A stretch of DNA of 64,000 nt from Eledone cirrhosa (Eukaryota), in assembly GCA_964016885.1 (NCBI GenBank), contig OZ024740.1, forward strand, positions 124,062,001 through 124,126,000, given 5' to 3'. Positions 1 through 12,179 of the stretch are shown in pieces. A program made the translations under genes and the position numbers. The notes beneath the pieces were generated by a model that was not told where the DNA came from, did not search any database, and saw only the letters and a program-made list of their open reading frames with translations. Positions within the stretch are counted from its first letter, which is position 1. Each line of letters begins with the position of its first letter.

Positions 1-306
1 GGGGGCATATTGTCTATATGCTTGTACCCATGGAAGGTCGGGTACTCTGTATTACTGCGTGATGCCAGAAGTCACGGTCGTGTGTCATTGCCTTCGAGAG
101 GTGTAATTGGGTAAGGCTGGCTTTTATCACCTCATCCCAGGTCATCTTGGGTCTCCCCACTCCGCGGTTTCCATCAACTTCTAGTGCTCTGCACCTTTTT
201 ATGCAGCTGTCATCCTTCATACGCATCACATGTCCATACCAGCGTAACCGCCTCTCCTGCACACAGCATTTGATTCCTCTTATGCTCAGTCCCTCTCTCA
301 ATTCAT

Positions 307-1440
307 TTATGCTTTGTCGTTCACGTATATTACTGTTACACATCCATCGGAGCTGCAGGCTTCGTTTCTCTCTAATCTACGTAAGTCTTCCACTTTCAGC
401 GCCCAGGTCTCACTACCATGCAACAGTGCTGTTCGGATACACGCATAATACAGTCTGCCTTTCATTCTGAGGGAGAAGCCTTTTGCAGCTAGCAGTGGTA
501 GTAGTTCACTAAACTTCTTCCATCCCGTTCTTACCCTAGTTATTGTACTTTCTGAACACCCACCTCCGCTGCTAATTCGGCCACCTAGGTAGCAGAAGCT
601 GTCTACTGTTTCCACAGAGCCCTCCCAGAGATTGGTGGTACTTGTTTCCTGTGGCTGTTTGCTGCTTGCTGTCTCAGCACAGCTGCTGCATGTGAAGCCT
701 ACATTCTTAATTAAGCTTCCAGAGATCCCGCTACATCTCTTGTGTACCCATTGTTTGCATTTGGGGCAGAGAATGGAGTTCCTACCTACACCTTTCCTAC
801 ATACTGAGCAAGGCCATTTCCCTGAGGGGATCTGGGTTCTGTTTTCTCGTCTACATACAAGGACCTTAGTCTTTGTCATGTTGACTTTGAGACCCTTTCT
901 TTCTAGTCCCTGCTTCCAAGTTTGGAATGTATTCTCTAGTTCTACCATAGATTCAGCTATGAGTGCCAGGTCATCAGCATACAGGAGTTCCCATGGGCAT
1001 CCGGTCTTAAACTCCTCCGTTATTGCCTGCAGGACTATGATGAACAGGAGGGGGCTAAGAACAGAGCCCTGGTGGACCCCAACCTGTACGCTAAATTCCT
1101 CGCTATACTCATTGCTAATCCTAACTTTGCTGACTGCTCCCCTATACATGGCTTGTACCGCTTTCACAAGCCATTCATCTACTCCTAGTTTTCTAAGAGC
1201 CCACCAGATTACAGCACGTGGAACTCTGTCAAAGGCTTTCTCAAGGTCGACAAATGCCAAGTAGAGTGGCTTACTTTTAGCTAGGTACTTTTCCTGTAAT
1301 TGCCTCACAAGGAAGAGGGCATCAGTGGTGCCTCTTCCTGGTACAAACCCAAATTGCATCTCGTCTATTTTCACCCGGTCCCTAATCAACTGTGCTATAA
1401 CTCTTTCTGTTACTTTCATGACCTGGTCCATCAACTTCAT
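307..1440 (-). pseudogene. Reverse transcriptase (LINE ORF2 fragment), frameshifted near 350
   Basis: 377-aa ORF with non-LTR RT motifs and a CSVC-x-CPKC-x-HKRC-x-CSSC insert. Confidence 0.9.
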
Positions 1441-1548
1441 ACCTCTATAGTTTCCTCTATCTAGTGCATCACCTTTACCTTTGTAGCAGTCGACTTTATA
1501 CCTCTATAGTTTCCTCTATCTAGTGCATCGCCTTTACCTTTGTAGCAG
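1441..1548. repeat. 59-bp tandem duplication inside the LINE
   Basis: acctctatagtttcctctatctagtgcatc..cctttacctttgtagcagt occurs at 1441 and at 1500. Confidence 0.9.
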
Positions 1549-2064
1549 TTGACAATGATGCTACTGCACCAATCTTTTGGTATGGCACCTTCTAGTATTA
1601 CCTGGTTAACAATACACCTGTACATATACTCAAACACTTGTACATATACTCAAACAGATAAAGGATTTGCTAAAATGAACAACAGAGTCAGGCAAAGGAA
1701 TTTAGATCCGAAAGTGCTAACTATTAACCATCAACTAATGTATACTAAAAAAGCAACAAGGCTCATAGAAAGTTGTCATATACCAGCTAATGGTAAATAT
1801 ACTAATTCTACATTGAACCCAACTATATCTCTTCTTTTCAGTTACTGCACATATTTTCGTAACATTTTATCTTAAGACTAATTGTCTTAATTTGTATCCA
1901 TTTGGTACTAATACGTTGGAGCCCTTTGTATCCATCGTAAAGGAACTAAACAACATATTTCCAGATATTGATCGATAAGATGGGACTGTCTGTGTTTTGT
2001 TCATTTTTCTCTTCCCCTTGCCATATGTTATATTCATTTTGTATGATTTTAGCCATGTGTAATT

Positions 2065-3650
2065 ATTTTTTCATGGGCTCTTAGAAAACAAGGACTGGAT
2101 GAGTGGTTTGTGAAGGCTGTACAAGCCATATATAAGGGAGTAGTCAGCAAAATTAAAATTAACAATGCCTATACTGAGGAATTTAGCATACAGGTTGGTG
2201 TCCACCAGTGCACTGTTCTTAGCCCTCTCATGTTTATTATCATTATGCAGGCTATACCAGAGTTGTTTAAAACTGGTTGCCCATGGGAACTCCTGTATGC
2301 AGATGATCTTATACTTACAGCTGTATCTATGACAGAATTAGAGAAGAAATTCCAAACCTGGAAGCATGGCCTAGAAACAAAGGTTTTTAAAGTCAACCTG
2401 AAAAAAGACTAAGGTCCAATTAACTAGAAGGGAAAAAAGCTCTGATCACCATGCTCATTGTGTAGGAAAAATCTAGCTAAAAATTCCATCCTCTGTCCCA
2501 AATGTAAACTAGGAGTACACAAGTAATGTAGTGGGATCTCAAATAGTTTAGCTAAGAACATAGGTTTTACATGTAGCTGTTGCACTGGAGCAAAAATTAG
2601 TAAAAAAAACACAGGAAACAAGCGCTATCAAATTCCAGGAAGATTCTGCAAAGTGGTAGACAACGTCTGCTACCTGGGTGACCAAATTAGCAATGGAGTT
2701 GGGTGTTCTGAAAGATCAGTAGCCAGAGTGAGGACGGGATGGAAGAAGTTCAGGGAACTACTACCTCTGCTAGGTACAAAAGGCTTTTCCCTCAAAATGA
2801 AAGGCAGATTGTATGATGCATGTATATGAGCAGTGATGTTGCTTGATAGTGAGACCTGGGCAGTGTGTGCAGAGGACTTACTAAGATTGAAAACAAATGA
2901 AGCTTGCATGCTTCAATGGATGCAAAATTATAATATGCATGAATGGCAAAGTATAAATGAACTGTGAGAGAAAAACAAGGCTTAAGAGGAATCAGATGCA
3001 GTGGGAAGGAAAGGAGATTGCATCGGTATAGATATGTGGTGCATATGAAGGAAGACTGCTTTATAAAAAGGTGCAGAGTTTTCAAAGTCAATGAAAGCTA
3101 TTGAGTAGGAAGAGCCAAAATTGCATCTCTCAAAGGCGATGACATAGGACTGAAATCTCTGGCATTATGCAGTAATACAGAAGACCCACCTTCTCATGAG
3201 CACAGACTGAAGCATACATATATTATTCACCTCAATCCCCCAATTCCCATGAGCACAGGCTGAAGCATGTATCTGATATGTACAACCTTTGCCTGCATCC
3301 CCCTTCGAAACACCTCACATAACACTCCACTCCTCACATATGCCCATATACCAACCCTCTAATCTCCACACACCCTTCTCAAAAGGCTCTAGCTCACATT
3401 ATAAAGTGGTCATGATGGTGCCGCAACAAAAAGTCCTCAGCTCTCACTGTAAAGTGGTTGTGTAGGTGTCACAACAAAAAGCACCCAGTACTTCCAGAAA
3501 ATGTGGCTGGTATTAAGAAAAGCATCCAGCTGTAGAAACCAAACATGAGCAAGACATAGTCACCTGATCTGGCCTATCTCACAACAGAACAACTCATATA
3601 ACCCATGTTAGTGTCGAAAATGGACATTAAACAATAATGATGATGATATC
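2065..3650 (+). mobile_element. Decayed family A RTE LINE with 3' UTR and (GAT)n tail
   Basis: ORF 2110-2412 reads GVHQCTVLSP..LYADD, with stops and frameshifts downstream. The 3' UTR ends aaatggacattaaacaataatgatgatgat. Confidence 0.88.
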
Positions 3651-3759
3651 TATCTATCTATATATATATATCATCATCATCATCATCATTGTTTAACGTC
3701 CATCTTCCACTCTAGCATGGATCTATATATATATAAGTGTGCATATGTGTATATATCTG

Positions 3760-4270
3760 CATATTCACCACAATCACAGCTTTCAGATGAACTAAAAGCC
3801 AATTTTTACAATTTCCTATTGCAGCACTTCTCAAAAAAGTGATGAACACAATTATAGATGGTGACTTCAATGGGCATGTTGAACAACATTTTAATGTCTT
3901 CCATAGGGCCCTTGGAGGCTTTCAGCTTAGCATAAGAAATGAGGAAGGCTCCTGGAATTTTGCCATGACAATGATCTATCTGCAACTTAAATTTCAGAAA
4001 ACCAGCTAAACTACTGACCACCAGTAAATCATGTGAGCAGATGAGTGAAGTAGATATTACGTTCACTATATGACTGATGTTTGTAAACACAAAGTCTTTC
4101 TCTGGTTAGGAATGTACCCCTCAACATTACCTAATAGATAGTGACTTTGAAGTTAGAGTTAGACAAACTCAAAAAGCAGGTTAGAGAAGAAAAACATGGA
4201 AGATAAGGTAGCTCTTAGCCAGTGAAACATTTTGAGGTGTCTTGATTGAAGCTTTTGACAGTAAATAAGT
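3760..4270 (+). mobile_element. Decayed APE endonuclease fragment of an RTE-type LINE
   Basis: Translates in pieces to SPQSQLSDELKANFY, GDFNGHV, RNEEG and NFRKPAKLLT. Confidence 0.65.
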
Positions 4271-4723
4271 GAGATAGACATAAAGCGTTTGTGTTTCTGT
4301 TCTGGTGTGTGTCTTGCATCTTTGTGTATATATATGTATATATATATAAAGGCATAAGTTCAATGCAAGCTGACAGTCAGTAGGTGTGAAGAGTGTAGTG
4401 TACCTAGAGTAAATCAAATGTTTAGAGTCCACTCACAGCATGGTTATGTTACTCACAGAGCATATATGAAAAACAACAACCAAAGATGATAACTGTACAT
4501 TTAATTGACTGACATATGTTTCAGCAGGCTACATGAGAACATGCAGTAAAGTCTTACAGTCTTTTTGCAATGACTGCATGTTCTTATGTAGCCTTGAAAC
4601 ATATGTCAGTCAAATAATCTACAATTAACAGTTTTGTTGTGTTTTATACATATATAAATATATAAATATAAGTATGTATGTATACGTACAAACATATATG
4701 TATACAGACGTACAGTAGCATGC

Positions 4724-4819
<96 letters not shown>

Positions 4820-4975
4820 ACATACAGGTACACATACATATATGTACGTATCAGTTTAGCGGACGCTTATTATAACACCCGCTTTGTTCGTTTGTAAACA
4901 AACTGAACAGCCTGAATTTATGCCGTACGGTGTTAAGGCAACCACGTCACCTTTTTGTTCAACACTGACACAGGA

Positions 4976-5018
4976 ACGATGTACTAGTTTCAAGCTTGTT
5001 AGCTATCATCAGCACCGT
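4976..5018 (-). ncRNA. Minimal type I hammerhead ribozyme
   Basis: Minus strand reads ACGGTG-CTGATGA-TAGCT(AACA)AGCTT-GAAA-CTAG-TA^CATCGT. Stem I is ACGGTG/CATCGT, stem II is AGCT/AGCT, stem III is the palindrome ACTAGT, and the cleavage triplet is GUA. Confidence 0.85.
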
Positions 5019-5092
5019 ATACCCTTCTGCCAGACGGTTGAACGTTCGAAAGTATATACTTTCCTTATGAAACTTAACGGCTGAGCAGCCTA

Positions 5093-5100
5093 ATTTGCAT
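5093..5100 (-). promoter_or_regulatory. Octamer motif ATGCAAAT upstream of the hammerhead
   Basis: Exact match (plus strand atttgcat) about 75 nt 5' of the HHR. Function is inferred only. Confidence 0.3.
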
Positions 5101-5253
5101 ATCGAGTGAGTTCGGCCAGGCGTACCGAAAACGATAAGTTGTAATAAAATGAAAACGAAATTTCATTTCTCACTCTTAGTACGGCACTTACTTAAATGTA
5201 AGTATGTATGTATACGTACATACATATATGTATACAGACGTACAGTCGCATGC

Positions 5254-5325
<72 letters not shown>

Positions 5326-5520
5326 ACATACATATATACATACAGGTACACATACATATATGTACGTATCAGTTTAGCGGACGCTTATTATAACGCCCGC
5401 TTTGTTCGTTTGTAAACAAACTGAACAGCCTGAATTTATGCCGTACGGTGTTAAGGCAACCACGTCACCTTTTTGTTCAACACTGACACAGGAACGATGT
5501 ACTAGTTTCAAGCTTGTTAT

Positions 5521-5577
<57 letters not shown>

Positions 5578-7469
5578 TGTGTGTGTGTATGTGTGCAAGT
5601 GTGTGTATGCATTTATGCATAACAGTAGGAAAATCTGCATGGGGTTGATAATGTTTGCTCTTTATCAATGTATGTAGCTGATTGAAGAGGTAGATTATAT
5701 CCCTGCATGTTGTAAGAGGGAATGGGAAAGGTTGTCACCAAAAGAATCATCTGACTACAAAACGTAACTTTTAAAAAATCACACTGAGAATGTAGCAAAG
5801 GAAAATTACTTTAAAACACTTGCAACATACTTGCTGTTATTGTCACTGTGTCAACTACCACTGCATTGCCCACATTCTATTTTCAATTACTTTTAATTAA
5901 TAAAATGCTGAGGTTGTCTCCCTTGCCTTTCTTGATTAGAATTGTTCTTAAGCTAATGATTCTTTCTCTCTTGAGTGTAATGTTAATTAATTAAAATTTT
6001 CTGGCTCACTGCATTAATTATGTTTGCACTAACCTTAACACCGCTGTTTGTGACGTTCTGTTGCTGTCAATTTCTTTATTACTTTAATTAATGTGGAATA
6101 TGTTCTGTGGCTATATAAAATGCAGCTAGTTTAAATGCCAACCAGCATTCTATAAATTTCAACCACCCAAAAATAACAGCTACTCTTTCAAAAGACTCTC
6201 ATTAAAAAATTATATAAATGAATAACTAGATGAATTAATGAAAAAAGTTCCCCTTTTGTATCTAGTATCGAATCATAATAATACTTTTTAAAATGCTAAT
6301 TCCATCATCTTTCCCAGGCTGATTCTTGTTTAAATGAGTAATGTTGTCATAAATTCAAGAAATAATTATATGGAAGTATTTGTTGGCTTCTAGATTGATT
6401 AACAAATGAAAGTATCTAGAAATGCAATCCTGCATACACACATGATTATATACTATGAGTTGAGATATTATAAATATCATATTGACTATTTTGTATACAT
6501 TTTGACAATAAAATTCGAAATTGTGACACTCCTTTACTGTTAACCCTTTTGATAGCAAGCTGCTTGTACCTAGTTCTGCAATACAAAACTATTTGTTTTT
6601 AAGTGTTGATATTTATCTAAAACCTTAACATCAGAATATAATTTAAGAATGTTTGTTAAGTTCGAGACAGATCAAAAATAATAGAAATATTGTAAAATAA
6701 TCCTTTGAAAAACATAAGCAATGTCTTTCATGAATAATATGGTAATGGAATGATGCTGTTACATAAAAGCATTTCTTTCAACATATATGGCAATGATCCA
6801 GTGTGAACACTGTCTACTGATTGGACAGAGTATGAGTCAATAAAACAAGGCCAAGCCAACAAGGATGGAGGGAGTATATGGTCACAAAATCTCCTAGGAA
6901 TAACAGTCAAACTTCCCTCACACCACACCCTACCATCTAAAAATAGAGAAGGGCACGTTATAAAATGTAATACTAGATATCTCTAAAAAGACATGTCAGC
7001 TTAATAAAGGATGACTTAAAGCTAAACAACAAAAACAACGTCAAGCAATGTAGGTAATAGACTTAAAAGTATTAATTCAATTCTACCTCTCATTTTCGAG
7101 TTTGGGACTTTGTGTCAATTTAGGAAGTCAATATATTTATTTACAGATATACATATAGTTATATGTATATATGGAAATATATCTTAACATATCTGTAGAA
7201 AAAAAGTTATTTTCTATCATATATTAGTTCATTTGTATTTATATCTATAAATGTCTGTCTTTTTTTAATGTTAAAAGTAAACGTTTATCTGTGTGAGTGT
7301 AGGCACAGGCATAGCTGCATGGTTACTAATTTCCTTTTGGAACCACATGGTTCCAGTTTCAATCAAATTGTGTGAAAACTTGAACAAGTGTTTTCATAGA
7401 TGGAAACTGTGATGCCTAGACACACATACGCACTAATGCATGTGTATGAGTATATGTATGGGTTTATTT

Positions 7470-7540
<71 letters not shown>

Positions 7541-7764
7541 CTATTTTTAGAAACGTTAAGTGAGTTACAAAATATTGAATGTTAAGTTAACTTAGATTTA
7601 ATGGTTTTAATGTTTTATTTTGGTTACAAAATAATCACCAGGGATGTCTACTTTTTTCCAAGTCCAGGGGCTTATATTATCAAGTTAGAAGGTTTGTTGT
7701 AAAAAATAAAAAAAATATGTGCTGAAGCCATTAACTATAACTTCATATTCATATATATATATAT

Positions 7765-7930
7765 TCCTCACCGTTTTACGTCCATCTTCCACGCTAGCAT
7801 GGGTTGGACGTGTTGTCCTGTTGTGGGCAGTGCCAGGTCGAGTGACTTTGTCTTACTCATACGGGAACTGATTTCTACAGCTGGATGCCCTTCCTAACAT
7901 GAACTTCTTTACAGTGAGTGCTGGGTGCTG
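7765..7930 (-). mobile_element. 3'-end fragment of family A RTE LINE
   Basis: ttttacgtccatcttccacgctagcatgggtt..ctacagctggatgcccttcctaac matches the 3' UTR of other copies. Confidence 0.8.
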
Positions 7931-8059
7931 TAGCGATTTTGGCCTAAGTTTAATATGTTTAATTACTTCTCTGAGTAGATGATTTATTAATATATTTTAC
8001 CCCTTCATGCCTAAATATTAGAAAGAGATAACTTCATAAATTTATATATATATATATAT

Positions 8060-9022
8060 ATCATTATCATCATCATCGTTTTACATCTGTTCTTCCACGC
8101 TAGCATGGGTTAGACGGGTTGTCCTGTTGTGGGTAGTGTCCAGTCGGCTGACCTTGTCTTGCTCATACAGGAACTGATTCTGACTTGATTTCTACAGCTG
8201 GATACTCTTCCTAACACCAACCTCATTTACAGTGAGTGCTGGGTGCTTTTTTGCCGTGGCCCCTCCACGGCCACTTTGCAGTAGGAGGGTGTTGGGGCAT
8301 ATTGTATATATGCTTCATCTTGTTCCTGTGGGGGGGTTGTGTTTTCTGTATTACTGCGTGACGCCAGAGGTCACGGTCGTGCGTCATTGCTCTTGAGAGG
8401 TGCAATTGGGTAAGGTCCGCTTTTATCACCTCATCCCAGGTCTTCTTGGGTCTCCCCACTCCGTGGCTTCCATCGACCTCTAGTGCTCTGCACCTTTTTA
8501 TGCAGCTGTCATCCTTCATACGCATCACGTCCATATCAACGTAACCTCCTCTCCTGAACACAGCATTATATTCCTCTTATGCTCAGTCTCTCTCTCAATT
8601 CGTTTATACTTTGTCGTTCGCGTATATTACTATTACACATCCATCGGAGCATGCAGCTTCATTTATTTCTAATCTGCACAAGTCTTCTACAGACAGCTCC
8701 CAGGTTTCACTTACATGTAACATTGCTGTTCGTATACATGCATCATACTGTCTGCCTTTCATTTTGAGGGAAAAGCCTTTTGCAGCTAGCAGTGGCACTA
8801 GCTCCCTGAACTTCTTCAATCCCATTCTTACCCTAGTTATTGTACTTTCCGAACACCCACCTCCGCTGCTAATTCGGTCACCTAGGTAGCAGAAGCTGTC
8901 TACTGTTTCTACAGAGCCCTCCCAGAGTTTGGATGTACTTGTTTCCTGTGGTCTTTTGATGCTTGCTGTTCCAGCACAGCTGCTACATATGAAGCCTACA
9001 TTCTTAGTTAAACTTCCTGAGA
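8060..9022 (-). mobile_element. 5'-truncated family A RTE LINE with (GAT)n tail
   Basis: Highly similar to 20-720 (KKFRELVPLL..KGRQYDACIR). The tail tcatcatcatc abuts (TA)n. Confidence 0.9.
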
Positions 9023-9271
9023 ACTAATACTTAGACATCCCATACATATATATTACACAAATGCTGATGTACACACACATTTTTATTCCTAGTATACATT
9101 ATGTTACAAGTGTGTAGGTGTTTACGTGAATGAATGGAGGGTAGATTGAGACATGCTATTTTGTTTTTAATTTTATTTATTGTAATCGATATAGTGCAGG
9201 AAAAAGAATACTTACTAAATGTTTGCATTATGTCTTTCACGTCTTTTTTAGGTCTTTTAAAGCTTCATTAT

Positions 9272-9455
9272 ATGGCAGTATTAGTAGAGGGTCGGATGCC
9301 ATGCTTTGCAGCAAAGAGTTACGTCCCTTTATGGTCTGAGTTCGAATCCCGCCGAGGTTAACTTTGCCTTTCATCCTTACGGAGTCGATAAAATAAAGCA
9401 CCAGTAATACACTGGGATAATTACTGGCCTTGTGCCAATTGTAGAAACAATTATG
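9272..9455 (+). mobile_element. tRNA-derived SINE family 1 (Meta-domain-like core)
   Basis: A-box-like TGGCAGTATTAG, B-box GAGTTCGAATCCC, core GCCTTTCATCCTTACGG.GTCGATAAAATAAAG.ACCAG and end GTAGAAACAATTAT. Confidence 0.8.
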
Positions 9456-10289
9456 TGGTTCATCAAACAATTGAAAAAATCAAAAACTTCCTTACCTTCA
9501 GATAAACATATTTTTGAATTTTACCCTTGTTAACAAAACAAAGACAAACACAGCCAACAAAAACAGGAACCGCAGTAAATTGACAACAATAAGAAAATAT
9601 TGACAAAATATTACTTTTGTTTGAACATTAACATTTGCAGCATTATAAAACATTGCAATACATCGACAGGAGTTTTGACATGAAGAAAATATTTTAATGA
9701 ACTGCAAATATATCTTACCCATAGTTTAGGTTGCATGAACTTTTTCACCCAGCCCATGATGCCGTATATCTAAATGTAGAAAATATATTTCATCATTTTC
9801 ACTTAATGTCTGTTTTTTCATGCTGACACGAATTAGATGGCTCATTGTAGGCTGGGACTTGACTGGTTGTAAAACCACATCTTGCCCACCTATTCTCCAT
9901 TTGGCATGGTTTCTATACTATTCACTTTGCAGATAAGAAATAAAAAGTACCATCTTTTTTATACTATCCATGCATGTAATGAATCATCCTATTTTTTAAC
10001 TGTAAAATGTTATTTGATGATGATTTTATCTTTTTTCTAGCAAATTCAGCAATCACTTCAAGTCTCACTTGTTGACTTTGTATGTGTGTGTTGTTGATGA
10101 TGTCAGATATCTCCAAGTTAGCTTGCTCAAGTGCTACTAAGATAAAAAGGAGTCTGGTCTTGACAATCCAATTATTTTTTGAAACAAAAAAATTATTCCA
10201 TTTCTATTACACTTTTGACACAATCTTGCTAAAATCTAGTTTTGATTCTATGAAACAAAACTACAGGTTTTAAAGGGTCATTATTTAAT

Positions 10290-10392
10290 TTTAGGTTGTC
10301 TTTGCCTTTCATCCTTACGGGGTCGATAAAATAAAGTACCAGTAATGCACTGGGTAATTTGCTGGCCTTGTGCCTAAAATAGAACCAATTAT
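10290..10392 (+). mobile_element. SINE family 1, 3' half
   Basis: tttgcctttcatccttacggggtcgataaaataaagtaccagtaatgcactggg. Confidence 0.8.
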
Positions 10393-10409
10393 TTAATTTT
10401 ATAATCTTC

Positions 10410-11876
10410 TTTGCTCACTTATTCTTCAGAGGGTCATAGGCTCAGAATCCTCAAACACTCTTTCCAGCAGGTCCTTTCAGAAACAACCATCTCCAACTGA
10501 CCTGGCTGGATGCCCAGGTGAGACAAGCCAGGCTCATGGATGTTATCTAACCTTCTTGCTGGGGGTCTTCCCCCTGAGTCTCCTGATGGTTAGTTGTGCC
10601 TGTAAAATGTGTCCAGTGATTCTTTCCTAAGATATTCTAAACACATGCTCATAGTATTGCCTGGAGTGCCTCTCTGATCTCTGAGTTATGCCCTCTATCA
10701 AGTAACATTACTCCAAAGATCCTTCAGAGCAACCCCATTTCAGCCACTTGTATTTGCGACTGAATTCTTCTGGTCATTACAGGGTTGGTATGATTACCGA
10801 ACTGAAGATAGCAAGTTTGACTTTTATGCTTAACTCCCTTCTTCCGATTACTGAATGCAGAAGCTGGTGCATTACTGCACCAGCCCCTGCAATTCATGCA
10901 CTTAATTCAGCCTCCTGACTTCCAAAACTCATGAATACAGGCCCAAGATACTTAAAAATCTCTACTTCCTTTAGTAGAACTCCATTTACATGTAGAATAC
11001 ACTGTGCAGTCTTCCTTGCGAGGACGAACATTTCAGTTTTCACAGCACTGATTTTTATTCCAGCCATGCATTATGAACCCTATTGAGGGAAAGTTGGTAT
11101 CACCTTCTGGCAAGTTAAGTAACTCCATGTCTGCAAATTCTAGCCAACTGATTTTACACACGCCAGTCTTGATACGACTTCTAACCCGGTTGTGCATGTC
11201 AATCCTGCTCATGTAAATAATGAACAGGAGAGATGAGAGTATACACCCTTGGCAGAGTCCGACTCCCACATTGAATTGTTTTTGATATACAACTATTTAT
11301 CGGAACATAAATACTCAGGCATTTCTAAAGAGACAACAGCACCTTTTGACGTACAGGAGGTGCATCTGGGAGTAATGACTAATTTCTCAGAAGTTGACAT
11401 CAGAAGAGCAGTTAAAGAGCTCAAATGTGGCAAGGCTTCTGAGAATAATGAAATTCAGCCCAAGATATTAAACGCCTTAAATAAAGAAGGTATTCTCCTG
11501 CTCAATCATGTGTGCCGGTGGCCTTGATCTCTGGAAAGGCACCTAAGCAATGGTAATTGGAAGTAATAATCCCAATTTTCAAAAAGGGAGACAAGCGAGT
11601 TGTTCCAATTAGAGAGGGATCTCCGCGTTATTCCTCCCCGGTAAAGTCTATGCTAAGTGTCTGGAAACGAGCTGCAGGGAGATTGTCAAGTCCAAGTTAG
11701 CTGATGAAGAGTATGGTTTTCACCCGGCTGCAGCAGAGCCGTTCAAATGTTAACAATGCATCAGTTCTTCGAGGAATTGTGAGAGTATTGCCAAAATGTA
11801 TATTCTTGTTTCGTCGACGTTGAAAAAGCATATTACTGCGTTGCTCAGGACCTACTTTCGAAGGTTCTACAGTCTC
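10410..11876 (-). mobile_element. RTE-type LINE (family B) with inverted 5' segment and target-site duplication
   Basis: Minus strand 10410-~11300 is the RT 3' part (VGLCQGCILSSLLFIIY, FAD, YLG). Plus strand ~11310-11876 is the RT 5' part (ELKCGKA, IIPIFKKGD, CFVDVEKAY). Flanked by ttaattttataatcttc (10393) and ttaatttataatcttc (11877). Confidence 0.8.
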
Positions 11877-12179
11877 TTAATTTATAATCTTCCAATACAA
11901 TTTGATATATAAACTTTTGTTACGTTTTGTTACAAATACACTTTTGATAAGGAAATAATGGATAGTTTTAATAAATCCCTCCACATTCTTCTCTTGTTAA
12001 AAGAAATACAATGTATTCATGGAAACATGGTAATAAAAGTGTCAATGATGAGGTGGGATTTGACGAAAACTTGTTTGCTATTTCTAGCAAGACTAATGAA
12101 GATACCGAGGCTTTATTGGCTCTTAGGTACAATGTATGTGTAAATAGTGTTGCCTTTTAGGTTATACTGCATCACTGAA

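Larger units (their letters stand above)
1..1620 (-). mobile_element. RTE-type non-LTR retrotransposon, 5'-truncated, RT with internal PHD-like finger (family A, best-preserved copy)
   Basis: ORF 307-1440 has RT motifs QFGF, FVDLEKAFD, GVHQGSVLSP, LYADD and FCYLG. It continues after a frameshift into ORF 14-343 (RLRWYGHV..RGVGRPK, an RTE-like C-terminus). Confidence 0.93.
4671..5519 (-). mobile_element. Partial tandem repeat (about 1.6 units of about 520 bp) carrying a hammerhead ribozyme; retrozyme/PLE-pLTR-like
   Basis: 4671-5001 is repeated almost identically at 5201-5519. Each unit includes a (TA)n array. An HHR core lies on the minus strand. Confidence 0.8.

Noticed and set aside
632-1264. 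210-aa plus-strand ORF (and the 192-aa ORF 27795-28373)
   Set aside because: Antisense shadows of the LINE RT frame, with no independent motifs.
4606-5677. Many short ORFs rich in YIYI/HTHT (also at 7400, 29807, 43083, 55500-55990)
   Set aside because: They are translations of (TA)n/(CA)n microsatellites.
6540-6700. TTAACCCTTTTGATA piggyBac-like terminus (related strings at ~52980, 60940, 61547)
   Set aside because: No matching opposite terminus located, and too decayed to delimit.
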